A stretch of DNA of 64,000 bases, from NCBI GenBank assembly GCA_019429005.1, contig JAHYJR010000003.1, forward strand, positions 79,924-143,923, in the 5' to 3' direction. Each line of letters begins with the position of its first letter. The first letter of the stretch is position 1. The translations under genes were made by a program, and so were the position numbers. Under the pieces are notes generated by a model that had not been told where the DNA came from, ran no database searches, and saw nothing but the letters and a program-made list of their open reading frames with translations. Source of the stretch: Nanobdellati archaeon. Its GTDB lineage: Archaea > EX4484-52 > GLR71. Of this stretch, positions 20,226 to 30,553 are shown one piece after another.

Positions 20226-22478
20226 ATGAAACCTATAAAGATAATAACATTAATTTCAATAATTCTGCTCTTATTACCTTTTACAGTTTCAGGTCTTCTC
20301 GGATATTATCACGAACAAAACATTGGTATCTCAACAGGAAACAATAATTATGAATTAAGAAATCCTACAAGTGTTACATCCACACTTGAATATATCTATA
20401 TTGTAGATTCACTTAACAATAGAATACAAGTTTTTAATAAAAATAATACTTATGTAACAACAATAGGTGGTATCTTTGGTTCGGGAGATTATAGCTTAAA
20501 ATATCCAAGAGATCTTGCAATAGATGGTGACATAATATACATAGCAGATACCGAAAATAATCGTATACAAATCTTCAAAGGAATATCCTATTATGGAACA
20601 ATCGGAACATATGGTACTGAAAATGGTAATTTCAAATACCCAACAGGGGTTGAAACAGACGAAAACGGAACCTTATATGTAGCAGATAAAAATAACAACA
20701 GAATACAGATATTTTATCCAAATGGAACTTATAAGACTAAAATAGGATATAACAACGGTACTGGAAATTATGAATTCCAAGCACCAACAGATATTGCAGT
20801 AACATCAAAAAATGATATACTAGTTATTGATTCAAAAAACAATAGAATTCAAATATACAACAACGATTTGACATACAAAAAAACTATTGGTGGAACTGAA
20901 GGCGTTGGAGATTATCAGTTTAATAACCCTAATGGAATTTCAATTGATGATTATGACAATATATATGTTTCTGATACAGGAAACAATAGAATTCAAATAT
21001 TTTCTAAAGATTACAAATATTCAAAAACACTTTTTTATAATGGACAAAGTGAATTCGCACTATCTAAACCTTCAAATTCTTATGTAGATTACAGAACATT
21101 ATATATCGCAGATACTGGAAACAATAAAATAAAAATATTTAGAATGGATTGCCTTACAAATTCAGATTGTTATGATAAAAATCCGGGAACTATTGACACT
21201 TGCATAAAAACAAGTACTGAAAATTATTGTAAAAATGAACAGATTACAAACTGTGTTACAGGAGATAATTATTGTCCAATAACATGCACATATAAAACAG
21301 ATTATGATTGCACACCAGAATGTGGAAATAATATTTGTGAAAAAGATGAAAATCAAACATGCTGTATTGACTGTGGAAACAAAGAAGGATACTCTTGTGC
21401 AAACAATTTCTTATATGAAAAGATACCTGTCTGTGGCGATGGTGTCTTAGATGACAATGAAATCTGCTGTCTTGATAGTGGCTGCAAAGAGGGTTATACT
21501 TGTGTTGATGACTATACATGCCGAATCGATGGAACTTGTGGCGACAGAACCTGTAACTGGAATGAGAATGAAAAAAACTGTTGTACGGACTGTAACTATT
21601 GTCTTCCAGGATACACTTGCATTACAAACCAATGTAGTCCTTCAAACATAAATAAAATACAAAATTACTGTGAAAATGACGCTTCTTGTAATGATAACAA
21701 CACATGCACAAAAAATACATGTAATTTATACCCTCGATATTGTATAACTGAAACAATTGAACAATGCATAAATGATGATAGTTGTTGTCAAAGCCCATGC
21801 ACACATCTAAACGATAATGATTGTCAAAAACCAATAGCACCAGAAAAAACCTATGGCGCTATATGTGGTAATAAACAATGTGATATATTAGAATCAACTG
21901 AAACTTGTTGTATTGACTGTGGATGTAAAACAGACTATGAATGCGGCAAAGAAACAAACAAATGTGAAAAAACAAAAGAACTTCTAATAAAAGAAAGTAT
22001 AGAAAAACAAGATTCATTCAAAACAAAAGATATGAACCTAAAAGATAATGGATTCACCCTTATCTCAAGTGCAATAATAACAGACACATTAGAAAACAAT
22101 AATATCATTAAATTTGTATATACTTATTCAAACAATAAACAAGAAACAGTAAACATTGAAGGTATAGCAGACGGATCTGGATACATTACATATATTGAAG
22201 GCAGCTATGTAAATATCACAATATACTTTGTCTACGCATTCATATTTTTCATAATATTTATTATAATACTGTTCTTATACATAAGACAAAAATTAATTAA
22301 AAAAGAAATTAAAAAAACAAAAGATAAAACACGAAAAATATTCAATGACCACATAACCGAATTTGATCAACTTATAGATAACTTAAAAAATAATGAAAAA
22401 GGATTTTTGAAAAGACGTCTTAATAGATGGGAAAATGAAGTTAAAGAAACTTATAAAAAAGATAAGAGTGAAGATTAA
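20226..22478 (+). CDS. Surface protein: signal peptide, NHL beta-propeller, Cys-rich repeats, C-terminal TM
   Basis: Six P.......(I/L)Y(I/V)xD..NN(R/K)I units; CG.x.C...CCxDC repeats; hydrophobic segment plus basic tail. Confidence 0.85.
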   Translation: MKPIKIITLISIILLLLPFTVSGLLGYYHEQNIGISTGNNNYELRNPTSVTSTLEYIYIVDSLNNRIQVFNKNNTYVTTIGGIFGSGDYSLKYPRDLAIDGDIIYIADTENNRIQIFKGISYYGTIGTYGTENGNFKYPTGVETDENGTLYVADKNNNRIQIFYPNGTYKTKIGYNNGTGNYEFQAPTDIAVTSKNDILVIDSKNNRIQIYNNDLTYKKTIGGTEGVGDYQFNNPNGISIDDYDNIYVSDTGNNRIQIFSKDYKYSKTLFYNGQSEFALSKPSNSYVDYRTLYIADTGNNKIKIFRMDCLTNSDCYDKNPGTIDTCIKTSTENYCKNEQITNCVTGDNYCPITCTYKTDYDCTPECGNNICEKDENQTCCIDCGNKEGYSCANNFLYEKIPVCGDGVLDDNEICCLDSGCKEGYTCVDDYTCRIDGTCGDRTCNWNENEKNCCTDCNYCLPGYTCITNQCSPSNINKIQNYCENDASCNDNNTCTKNTCNLYPRYCITETIEQCINDDSCCQSPCTHLNDNDCQKPIAPEKTYGAICGNKQCDILESTETCCIDCGCKTDYECGKETNKCEKTKELLIKESIEKQDSFKTKDMNLKDNGFTLISSAIITDTLENNNIIKFVYTYSNNKQETVNIEGIADGSGYITYIEGSYVNITIYFVYAFIFFIIFIIILFLYIRQKLIKKEIKKTKDKTRKIFNDHITEFDQLIDNLKNNEKGFLKRRLNRWENEVKETYKKDKSED

Positions 22479-22507
22479 TATAATATACATAAAAAAGGGT
22501 AAACGCT

Positions 22508-22801
22508 ATCGAAAAAAAATTATTTATTATTGTCTTATTGCTTTTCACAACGGGAACAATAGTATATCATGAACTTGAAACTTGGTCTTGGGTTGATTCC
22601 ATATATTTCTCAGTCACAACACTTACGACCATAGGTTACGGTGATCTTTATCCAACACGAGATATAACAAAAATATTCACTGTATTATATATTTTCAGTG
22701 GTATCTCAACAATATTTTATGTAATTACACACTCTAACAAATATATAATGCGACTTGAAAGAAAAATAGAAAACCTGTCAAAAAAAGTGTTAAAATCTTA
22801 A
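22508..22801 (+). CDS. Two-TM potassium channel (KcsA-like)
   Basis: YFSVTTLTTIGYGD filter; start placed at ATC 22508 after AGGGT (track uses TTG 22538, which cuts into TM1). Confidence 0.8.
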   Translation: MEKKLFIIVLLLFTTGTIVYHELETWSWVDSIYFSVTTLTTIGYGDLYPTRDITKIFTVLYIFSGISTIFYVITHSNKYIMRLERKIENLSKKVLKS

Positions 22802-22842
22802 TAAACTAATAAATAACAAAATCAAATAATAAGGTGATTTGA

Positions 22843-23151
22843 ATGAATTACGACAAAAAAATTGAAACTCTTTCAAAAAATATTGAAGATCTTAAAAAGA
22901 TGATATTAATTATTGGAAAAAATATAGATTCATACAAAAAAACTATAGATACTACAAATCAAAATCTTGAAACATTGCCTGTAAAATTAGAAGCAATATT
23001 TTCAAAAATAGATTCTGAAGTAACATTAAGTCAACTTAAAGCGGGACTAGATGAACTTAAACTTACAACAAATGATATACAGACAAACGTTGATGAGATT
23101 TCAAGAATACTTATTGAAGAAGTTGCAGAAGGATCAAAAAGACTTTACTAA
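22843..23151 (+). CDS. Small coiled-coil hypothetical protein
   Basis: AGGTGA SD, heptad pattern. Confidence 0.75.
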   Translation: MNYDKKIETLSKNIEDLKKMILIIGKNIDSYKKTIDTTNQNLETLPVKLEAIFSKIDSEVTLSQLKAGLDELKLTTNDIQTNVDEISRILIEEVAEGSKRLY

Positions 23152-23160
23152 CTTAAAAAA

Positions 23161-24432
23161 GTGATTATCTTGCCTGAACAAAATATAGATATATCTAAAA
23201 ATGTATATCCCGCAGACATAATTAAAATAAAATGGATATATAAAAATATTAGAGATACACTAAACAGCATTGGATTCAAAGAAGTTGAACCGACTTCAAA
23301 AAACAGTAAAGATTTGACCGAAATACTCCAAAAAGAAGGTGTAGAGGATTTATGCCTAATTAATTATGAAAATAACAAAAAAGACTCCTTTGTATATGAT
23401 ACTTCAACTAACATAATTGAAATGTCAAAAGAAGTAAGATTACCAAAACCAATGAGATGGTATGCAATCTCAAAAATATACAGAAAAGAACAGAATAAAT
23501 TAAAAAACAAAAGATCATGTTCAGCATGCATAATGGGTTCAAAAGATGTTTTTGCAGACTCTGAACAAATATATGCAATATTAAATATTCTAACACCTCT
23601 TGGAATTGAACCCGTTGTACATATAGGACACAGAGAACTTATGTCTGAAATTTTAAAATATATGGGCATCGAAGAGAACGTTATAGACCAAGCACTAACT
23701 ATATTTAAAGACTCAAAAATTGATGGAATTCAAGCAACATTTAAAAAATTTAATTTGTTAGGCGTTGAAAAAATTATTGTAACAGAAATACTTAATTTAC
23801 TCAAATTTGAAGGATTATCAAAAGACCTTATAAATCATCTTAAAAACACATTTAATGACAATGATGAAATTAGTATACTTATAGAAGAACTCAATCTGTT
23901 TATAGATGAATTAGACAATTATAATATATTACGATTCTGTAAACTAGATCTTAAAATAATAGGTACAACCTACAACGATGGTATTGTATTTGAAGTATAT
24001 GATATTAAAAATAATAAATTCCAAATTGCTTCAGGTGGACGAGTTAACATGCTTGCCGAACTTCTTTCAAACAATGAAATGCCATCAACTGCATTAAATA
24101 TAGATGTTGATATGATTTACAATTTAATTGAAAAGAAAAAAATTGTGACTAAAATTGAACAAACTATAGATATTTATGTCGCACCAGAAAGCCTAAATTC
24201 TAGACGTAATGCAATAATGATTGCAAAACAATTTAGAAAGAAAAAAGGTATCGTTGAAATTGACATAAGTGGCAGAAGTTTGGACAAACAAATATTACAT
24301 GCAAAAAAACTTAAAATTCCAAAAATAATAATAATACGAGATGATGACCTTAAAAATGGATTTGTCATAATGGAAGATTTTAAAACAAAAGAAAACACAA
24401 AAATCATTCTAAAAGGTAAAACAATAAAATAA
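23161..24432 (+). CDS. Degenerate histidyl-tRNA synthetase-like protein (HisS/HisZ fold) with anticodon-binding domain
   Basis: GFKEVEP, LPKPMRWY, GIVFEV, ASGGR, C-terminal HGTP-type domain; RPE/D.T and motif 2 arginines eroded. Confidence 0.75.
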   Translation: MIILPEQNIDISKNVYPADIIKIKWIYKNIRDTLNSIGFKEVEPTSKNSKDLTEILQKEGVEDLCLINYENNKKDSFVYDTSTNIIEMSKEVRLPKPMRWYAISKIYRKEQNKLKNKRSCSACIMGSKDVFADSEQIYAILNILTPLGIEPVVHIGHRELMSEILKYMGIEENVIDQALTIFKDSKIDGIQATFKKFNLLGVEKIIVTEILNLLKFEGLSKDLINHLKNTFNDNDEISILIEELNLFIDELDNYNILRFCKLDLKIIGTTYNDGIVFEVYDIKNNKFQIASGGRVNMLAELLSNNEMPSTALNIDVDMIYNLIEKKKIVTKIEQTIDIYVAPESLNSRRNAIMIAKQFRKKKGIVEIDISGRSLDKQILHAKKLKIPKIIIIRDDDLKNGFVIMEDFKTKENTKIILKGKTIK

Positions 24433-24442
24433 TTTTAAAGGG

Positions 24443-26242
24443 ATGTCAAATATGATATACATACCAGATACTAGTGTAATTATTGATGGAAAAATAACTG
24501 AACTAATAAAAAACAAAAAATTAAAAGGTACTATAATTATTCCAGAATTTGTAATCTGTGAACTTGAAAATCAAGCAAACCGTGGACGTGAAACTGGTTT
24601 TATTGGTCTTGACGAAATAAAAAATATTCGAGAATTAGCTAAAAAAAATAAAATAACAATTTCTGAACTTGGTCGAAAACCAACATCTGAAGAAATCAAA
24701 CTTGCAAATACAGGCCGTATTGATGCACTTATTAGGGATATTGCAAAAAATGAAAAAGGCGAACTTCTTACATCAGACATTGTACAAGCAAAAACTGCTG
24801 AAGCTCAAGGTATAAAAGTAACTTATTTTGAAAAAATAAAAATAAAAACAGAACATCTCAAAAAATACTTTGATAAAAACACTATGAGTGTACACCTTAA
24901 AGATGGTATGAGACCAAAAGCAAAAAAAGGTCTCCCTGGACAATTTAAACTAGTTGAAATTGGAAAAGAAATATTAACAAAAGAACAACTTGAAGAGATT
25001 GCAATTGAGATACTTGAAGCACAAAGAACAAGCGATAAATCATTTATTGAAATAGCAAAACATAAAGTAACAGTAATACAACTTGGAAATTGTAGAATTG
25101 CAATCACAAGACCACCTTTTTCAGAAAAGATGGAAATAACAGCAGTAAGACCAATTGTAAATGTAAACCTTGATAGTTATAAAATACCAAAAAGACTTAA
25201 AGAACGTCTTGATACAAAATCAGAAGGCATAATTGTTGCAGGACCTCCAGGTCATGGGAAATCAACATTATCACAAGCACTTGCAAATTATTTTGACGAA
25301 AAGAAAATGATTGTAAAAACAATGGAACAACCAAGAGATTTACAATTAAATCCATCAATAACACAATATGGGCCACTTGAAGGTAGCATGGAAAAAACAG
25401 CAGACATACTTCTTCTTGTAAGACCTGATTTAACTATATATGACGAAATTAGAAAAACATCAGATTTTAAAATATTTGCAGATATGCGACTTGCAGGTGT
25501 CGGTATGATTGGTGTTATACACGCAACAAGACCAATTGATGCAATACATAGATTTCTCGGACGAACCGAACTTGGACTTTTACCACAAATCATTGATACA
25601 ATACTTTTTGTATATGAAGGTAAGATTTCTAAAGTTTACTCACTTAAGCTTATGATTAAAGTGCCAACAGGCATGGTTGAACAAGACCTTGCAAGACCTG
25701 TCATAGAGGTTACAGATTTTGAAACAGGTACCTTAGAGTATGAGATTTACACCTATGGTGAACAAACAATCGCAATAGCTATAGAAGGCGAAGCAACTTC
25801 AAAAATACAAAAACTCGCAGAAGAGCAGATTAAAAAAGTTGTAGGTCAATTTTCAAAAGATATAAAAATCACAATCGTATCAGATGATCGTGTTGTACTA
25901 AATATACCAGATAGAGATATTGCGTCATTTATAGGTACAAAAGGTAAAAATATTTCAAAAATAGAAGAAAAACTAGGAATACATATTAGCGTAGAACCAA
26001 TTATAGACACACTCAAAAGAACCGTATCCTATGCTATTACAGAATCTGGAGGATATCTCAATATGCAAATTACAGACACATTAAAAATAAATGAAAAATT
26101 TGCAGACATCTACAAAGATAAAGAATTTCTTTTTAATGCTACAATAGGTAAAAAAGATATAATTAAAATAAAAAAAATCTCTGAAATTGGACAAAAAGTG
26201 CTTCAAGCATTCACACTTAAAAATTTGAGAGTTCTTGTATAA
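24443..26242 (+). CDS. PINA ATPase (PIN + ATPase + KH)
   Basis: PDTSVIID, ELENQAN.G, GPPGHGKST, LLVRPD..YDE.R, IGTKGKNI. Confidence 0.93.
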   Translation: MSNMIYIPDTSVIIDGKITELIKNKKLKGTIIIPEFVICELENQANRGRETGFIGLDEIKNIRELAKKNKITISELGRKPTSEEIKLANTGRIDALIRDIAKNEKGELLTSDIVQAKTAEAQGIKVTYFEKIKIKTEHLKKYFDKNTMSVHLKDGMRPKAKKGLPGQFKLVEIGKEILTKEQLEEIAIEILEAQRTSDKSFIEIAKHKVTVIQLGNCRIAITRPPFSEKMEITAVRPIVNVNLDSYKIPKRLKERLDTKSEGIIVAGPPGHGKSTLSQALANYFDEKKMIVKTMEQPRDLQLNPSITQYGPLEGSMEKTADILLLVRPDLTIYDEIRKTSDFKIFADMRLAGVGMIGVIHATRPIDAIHRFLGRTELGLLPQIIDTILFVYEGKISKVYSLKLMIKVPTGMVEQDLARPVIEVTDFETGTLEYEIYTYGEQTIAIAIEGEATSKIQKLAEEQIKKVVGQFSKDIKITIVSDDRVVLNIPDRDIASFIGTKGKNISKIEEKLGIHISVEPIIDTLKRTVSYAITESGGYLNMQITDTLKINEKFADIYKDKEFLFNATIGKKDIIKIKKISEIGQKVLQAFTLKNLRVLV

Positions 26243-26373
26243 AATTAATACATAACCACACACAAAAGATAAAGGTACCGTAATTCACATCTTTAAGTGG
26301 TAAGGCGTATATAATTACAAAAAAATACATACTAATTCTATAACAGCAATATAACTCAAAAAAGGAGATAGCT

Positions 26374-26604
26374 ATGGTAGAATTTATAACAATAAAACAA
26401 AAAGAGATGAAATTTGGGACCAACAACTTTGTTGAAGTCGCAAACAAGAAAGCAGTGACAAGTGACGGTGAAAAGCCATTCATATCAATAACAAGAGGCT
26501 ATTACACAGAAGACAAACAAAAAAAATTCACAAAAGCAATATCACTACCACTAGAAGAAACTTTAATAAATGAAGTAATTGACGCAATTGGAAAAGTTAT
26601 TTAA
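26374..26604 (+). CDS. Small protein, putative PC4/PUR-like fold; paralog of 28945..29199
   Basis: KFGTNNFVEVA.KKA...FISITRGYY...KF.K.ISLP. Confidence 0.75.
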   Translation: MVEFITIKQKEMKFGTNNFVEVANKKAVTSDGEKPFISITRGYYTEDKQKKFTKAISLPLEETLINEVIDAIGKVI

Positions 26605-26621
26605 GCGATTCATTTCGCTTA
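26602..26621. terminator. Stem-loop plus T tract between convergent genes
   Basis: taagcga-ttcatt-tcgctta then ttttttatttttt. Confidence 0.5.
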
Positions 26622-26636
26622 TTTTTTATTTTTTTA

Positions 26637-27416
26637 TTATGGCACAAGCTCAAGTCTTAATTTGCCATCTTTAAACTCTTTCTTTTCAAGACGCCACTCT
26701 TCTGGAATTTGTATTATTTTAAAATATAATTTATCTTGAGTCAATGCACGAATTTCAATAGATTCTTTAAACCGCTTAATCTCAATATCAGATACAGACT
26801 TAACATCTGGTAAATTTGTCTCAATAATAATTTCGGTAGGAAGTCGTTTTATATTTATTTCAGGTTCTTCAGTTTTTGTTGGTATTTTTTTTAGATTAGA
26901 CAGATCCTCTTTTAGTTCAGAATCTTTTCGGATAGAAAAATCACTTTTAGGAACACGAATACCAAATTGATTTGCAATTTCTTTCTCAAGATGAGCTTTA
27001 TCAACATCGCCAATAGTCCGTATATTCACTATAGGTTTCATACCTGAACCTGTTTTTATACTGATGCTAAAACCGGATTTCTTTATATTGGGCTTAGCAC
27101 TCATATTAAAAGGTGTTATATTAAAGAATTCAATATCTCTGTCTCTATTTTTAATATCTTTCTCAAATTGTTTCTTAATAAAACCCATATCCTTATTTAG
27201 ACTTTCAAAAATATTGTTAATAGAAAAATCACCGCTTATATGCAAAGGTTTGCCAGAAGGCAAAGGTTTATCAGATTGCATAGGTTTATCAGAATGTATA
27301 GATTTACCAGATTGCATAGGTTTATCAAACTGTATAGGTTTTAATAACTTAAATCCGCACTTGGAACAAAATTCCCAAGTTTCGTCAACCTTATTTCCAC
27401 ATTTAGGACAATACAT
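26637..27416 (-). CDS. Zn-ribbon + Hsp20/alpha-crystallin-like protein
   Basis: YCPKCG..W.FCSKCG; EP......EIIIETNLPDV..IEI..SIEIRA..YFK.I..P..DGKL. Confidence 0.75.
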   Translation of the reverse strand: MYCPKCGNKVDETWEFCSKCGFKLLKPIQFDKPMQSGKSIHSDKPMQSDKPLPSGKPLHISGDFSINNIFESLNKDMGFIKKQFEKDIKNRDRDIEFFNITPFNMSAKPNIKKSGFSISIKTGSGMKPIVNIRTIGDVDKAHLEKEIANQFGIRVPKSDFSIRKDSELKEDLSNLKKIPTKTEEPEINIKRLPTEIIIETNLPDVKSVSDIEIKRFKESIEIRALTQDKLYFKIIQIPEEWRLEKKEFKDGKLRLELVP

Positions 27417-27601
27417 AGATACCAAAGATATATAGTTTCCAATATTTTTTATAATTTTCTATTAATTAAAAAATAATAACTCCTTATAATCCTAAAAAAG
27501 ATTTAAAAATTAATAACAACAAATTAACAATATAATATCAACATTAACATAATAACTCTCGTCGACAATATAGGATTTAACAGACATTATTAATTATATA
27601 T

Positions 27602-27714
27602 CTAAAAACAACAAAAAAAACTAAAAACAACAAAAAAAACTAAAAACAACAAAAAAAACTAAAAACAACAAAAAAAACTAAAAACAACAAAAAAAACTAA
27701 AAACAACAAAAAAA
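27602..27714. repeat. Tandem repeat, 6 x 19 bp
   Basis: ctaaaaacaacaaaaaaaa at 27602, 27621, 27640, 27659, 27678, 27697 (last copy one base short). Confidence 0.95.
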
Positions 27715-27744
27715 TATAAAATATAAGATTATTAAGATGATTAC

Positions 27745-28857
27745 ATGGTTATCCAAAATATTAAAAATAATGTTATAGACAACATAAACAAATATCTAAA
27801 AATAATGTCAGATATAGAAAAAAAACAAATAAAAGATAGAATAACAAAAATAAATTCAAAATATAAAACAATAATAAGCCTTAAAAACTCTGAAAAAACA
27901 AAAAAAGACATCGACACAACCTTTTTCAGTTTTGAAGACCTACCACCCACTGGAAAAGAATATTGGTTTCTTAAATTCGTATCAACTAAAAAAGACGATA
28001 ACAGACAACTTATCTTAATGTTTGGCGAAGGTGCTGAAACAATAAAAATAAATAAACAGCAAATAGATCAAAATACAAATCAAGATAACAAACAAGATAA
28101 AAATGGATATATGACCGTTTGGTATTATGATTCAAATAAAAAATTAATATTTGACGAAAAATGTACAATATCAATAGACAAAAATAACATAAAAACCACA
28201 AACAAACAAAACCATATCAATTATAATGGTAAATTTCCAAAATATTCACTTGATATAACAAAAAATAACAAAACAATATGTAACCTTAAAATAAAAATAC
28301 CTGAAAAAACAACAAATTCTTTTGAATTTTATCATAACTTCAAATCCCTCCTTGGTTTTGCATTAATTAATATATACCTCGATTTTGATGGAACACTTAA
28401 TGGTAAAAATTTTAAAGGTAAAGCATATATCCAAAAAGTAATTGTTATAGGTCCATTTATACCTTGGAGATGGGGTCGAATTGTATTTTCAAACGGGTCC
28501 ATATTAACATATTATGTACCAACAATAGATATAATGAAACTCAGTTACAAACTAGATTCAATTCTTGAATTTTATGATAACACTACAAACAAAAAATATA
28601 GTTATCAAGATATAAAAATCAAAAAAATTGGACATATCAACCCACGATGGATTATTACAGCAGATAATGATAATTTTTTTGTATCTATAAAAACATATTC
28701 ATCCCATAAATTTGGATTTAAAAAAATAGGATCTTTCACTTACATAGAATATTTAAGCAAAGTGACTGACATATTTATAGAAAATTCAAAAATAGATACA
28801 ACAAAATTAGGTTCTGGTTTGGGATTAACCGAAGATGCAACAGGTTATATTTTATAA
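27745..28857 (+). CDS. Hypothetical beta-rich protein (possible AttH/tocopherol-cyclase-like fold)
   Basis: EYWFLKF, G.AYIQKV, PWRWG; fold call tentative; start could be 27805. Confidence 0.65.
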   Translation: MVIQNIKNNVIDNINKYLKIMSDIEKKQIKDRITKINSKYKTIISLKNSEKTKKDIDTTFFSFEDLPPTGKEYWFLKFVSTKKDDNRQLILMFGEGAETIKINKQQIDQNTNQDNKQDKNGYMTVWYYDSNKKLIFDEKCTISIDKNNIKTTNKQNHINYNGKFPKYSLDITKNNKTICNLKIKIPEKTTNSFEFYHNFKSLLGFALINIYLDFDGTLNGKNFKGKAYIQKVIVIGPFIPWRWGRIVFSNGSILTYYVPTIDIMKLSYKLDSILEFYDNTTNKKYSYQDIKIKKIGHINPRWIITADNDNFFVSIKTYSSHKFGFKKIGSFTYIEYLSKVTDIFIENSKIDTTKLGSGLGLTEDATGYIL

Positions 28858-28944
28858 AAATAAGTGAAAACAAGACTAAAAATCAAAAATAAATATAATG
28901 TCTACCAAAAATAATGGTAGAACATAAAACCAACAAAAAATAAT

Positions 28945-29199
28945 TTATTTTGTCTTTAAAACATCAAGAAGTGCTTTTGATATTGCTTCAATTACTTCTT
29001 TATCACTAGGCATAGCAACAGATTTCTTAAATCGTGGTTCTTCTTCTTCTTTTGTGAAGAAACCTCTTGAAATGGAGATAAATGTATTCTCTTCACCATC
29101 TTCAGGTATCGCTTTTTTCTTAGCAATTTCAATAAAGTTGTTTTCACCAAACTTAACTTCAATAGATTTTATTGTTTCAAATGTTACGTTTCCAGACAT
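28945..29199 (-). CDS. Small protein, putative PC4/PUR-like fold; paralog of 26374..26604
   Basis: KFGENNFIEIAKKKA...FISISRGFF...RFKKSVAMP; GGGTGA SD. Confidence 0.78.
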   Translation of the reverse strand: MSGNVTFETIKSIEVKFGENNFIEIAKKKAIPEDGEENTFISISRGFFTKEEEEPRFKKSVAMPSDKEVIEAISKALLDVLKTK

Positions 29200-29423
29200 T
29201 TATTTCACCCAAATCAAAGATTATTGATTCAAATATAATAACACACATATTTTTATATATCTTTTGTTAACAAAAAAGGACTGCTAGACCTATAAAAACG
29301 ACAAATACCGACATAATCGTGCAACCTTAAAAAAGTTTTATAAAACAGCATCAACTCAATAGAATTATATTCTATTTGTATCTTAAATAAAACAAAAATA
29401 ACTAAAAAACAGAAATAACCATT

Positions 29424-30320
29424 ATGTATAACAAAAAAAGAACCAATTCTAATTAAAGCACCTTACACAGATAAAAGAACCATAAATAATAAGATATGGC
29501 AAAATAACAAATGTGAATGCACATTAAGAGATGGTTCAGACGCCTTATTGAACAATATAAACCCACAATATAATATAACTACAATAAATATCCCCAATTA
29601 TATTAAAAGCGAACTTAATGTTCAAAATTACGAAAGATTTGAACAATTCTATTCAGACAAATACAAAAACGACAAAATCCCAATAACAATCGGTGGTGTA
29701 CATGGAATTAGTGTTCCTGCAACAATTGCACTTTCAAAAACAAATAAAAAAGAATCAACAATAAAAGACTAAACAGAGATCTTGATGCCCTAGGATATAA
29801 ACAAGATAATATATCACCATGGAATTGAACAAAACCTTGGCTTGATAAATTTGAATTTTATATGATAATAGATTCAGTACCAAAAATAGATGCAATGCAT
29901 ATCAGAAGTTATTATGATGAAAAAAATAACAATAACAACCTATTTACACGAAGTCTTGAAGAAGAAATAAGTAGAACAATAACAGCAATTAAAACCGATA
30001 AAAATATTGAATTTATAACAAAACAAAACATACCCAATATTTTAGATAAAACAAAAGAATTTTGCAACAAATTAAATAAAAAACCATTATATTTATCAAT
30101 AGATGTTGACGTTTTCAAAGAGGTTAATGCAAGTAAAATAGGTTTAACGTCATTAACTTATGGAACTATTGATGTAAACCATTTTGAAACAATATTTGAC
30201 ACAATATTACAAAACGCAAATATATGTGGTATCGATATAACAGAAGTAAATACACTAGACCCTAAATCTATTGATTGTGGAAATATCGTTTTATCCACAA
30301 TACTTGAAAAATTAACATAA
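29424..30320 (+). pseudogene. Arginase/agmatinase family, fragmented
   Basis: PITIGGVHGIS (GGDH-like), YLSIDVDVF, GIDITEVN in separate ORFs; DAHxD segment not seen; early frameshift. Confidence 0.7.
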
Positions 30321-30553
30321 AAACTAAAAAATATAAAAAAGTTATCAGCCCGCCCATCAATCATCATATATCAGTATCAAATAAGCTCATCATCTAACTA
30401 AATTATTATTAGTAAGTTATCTTTAAAAAAACCATATTATATTTATAAAAATCAAAATAAACGTCAAAACACGTATAAAACGACATTTGACGAACGAAAC
30501 TTTATATCGTAACGAATTAAAATATAGATACAAGTAACTAACAAGGTAATTAA

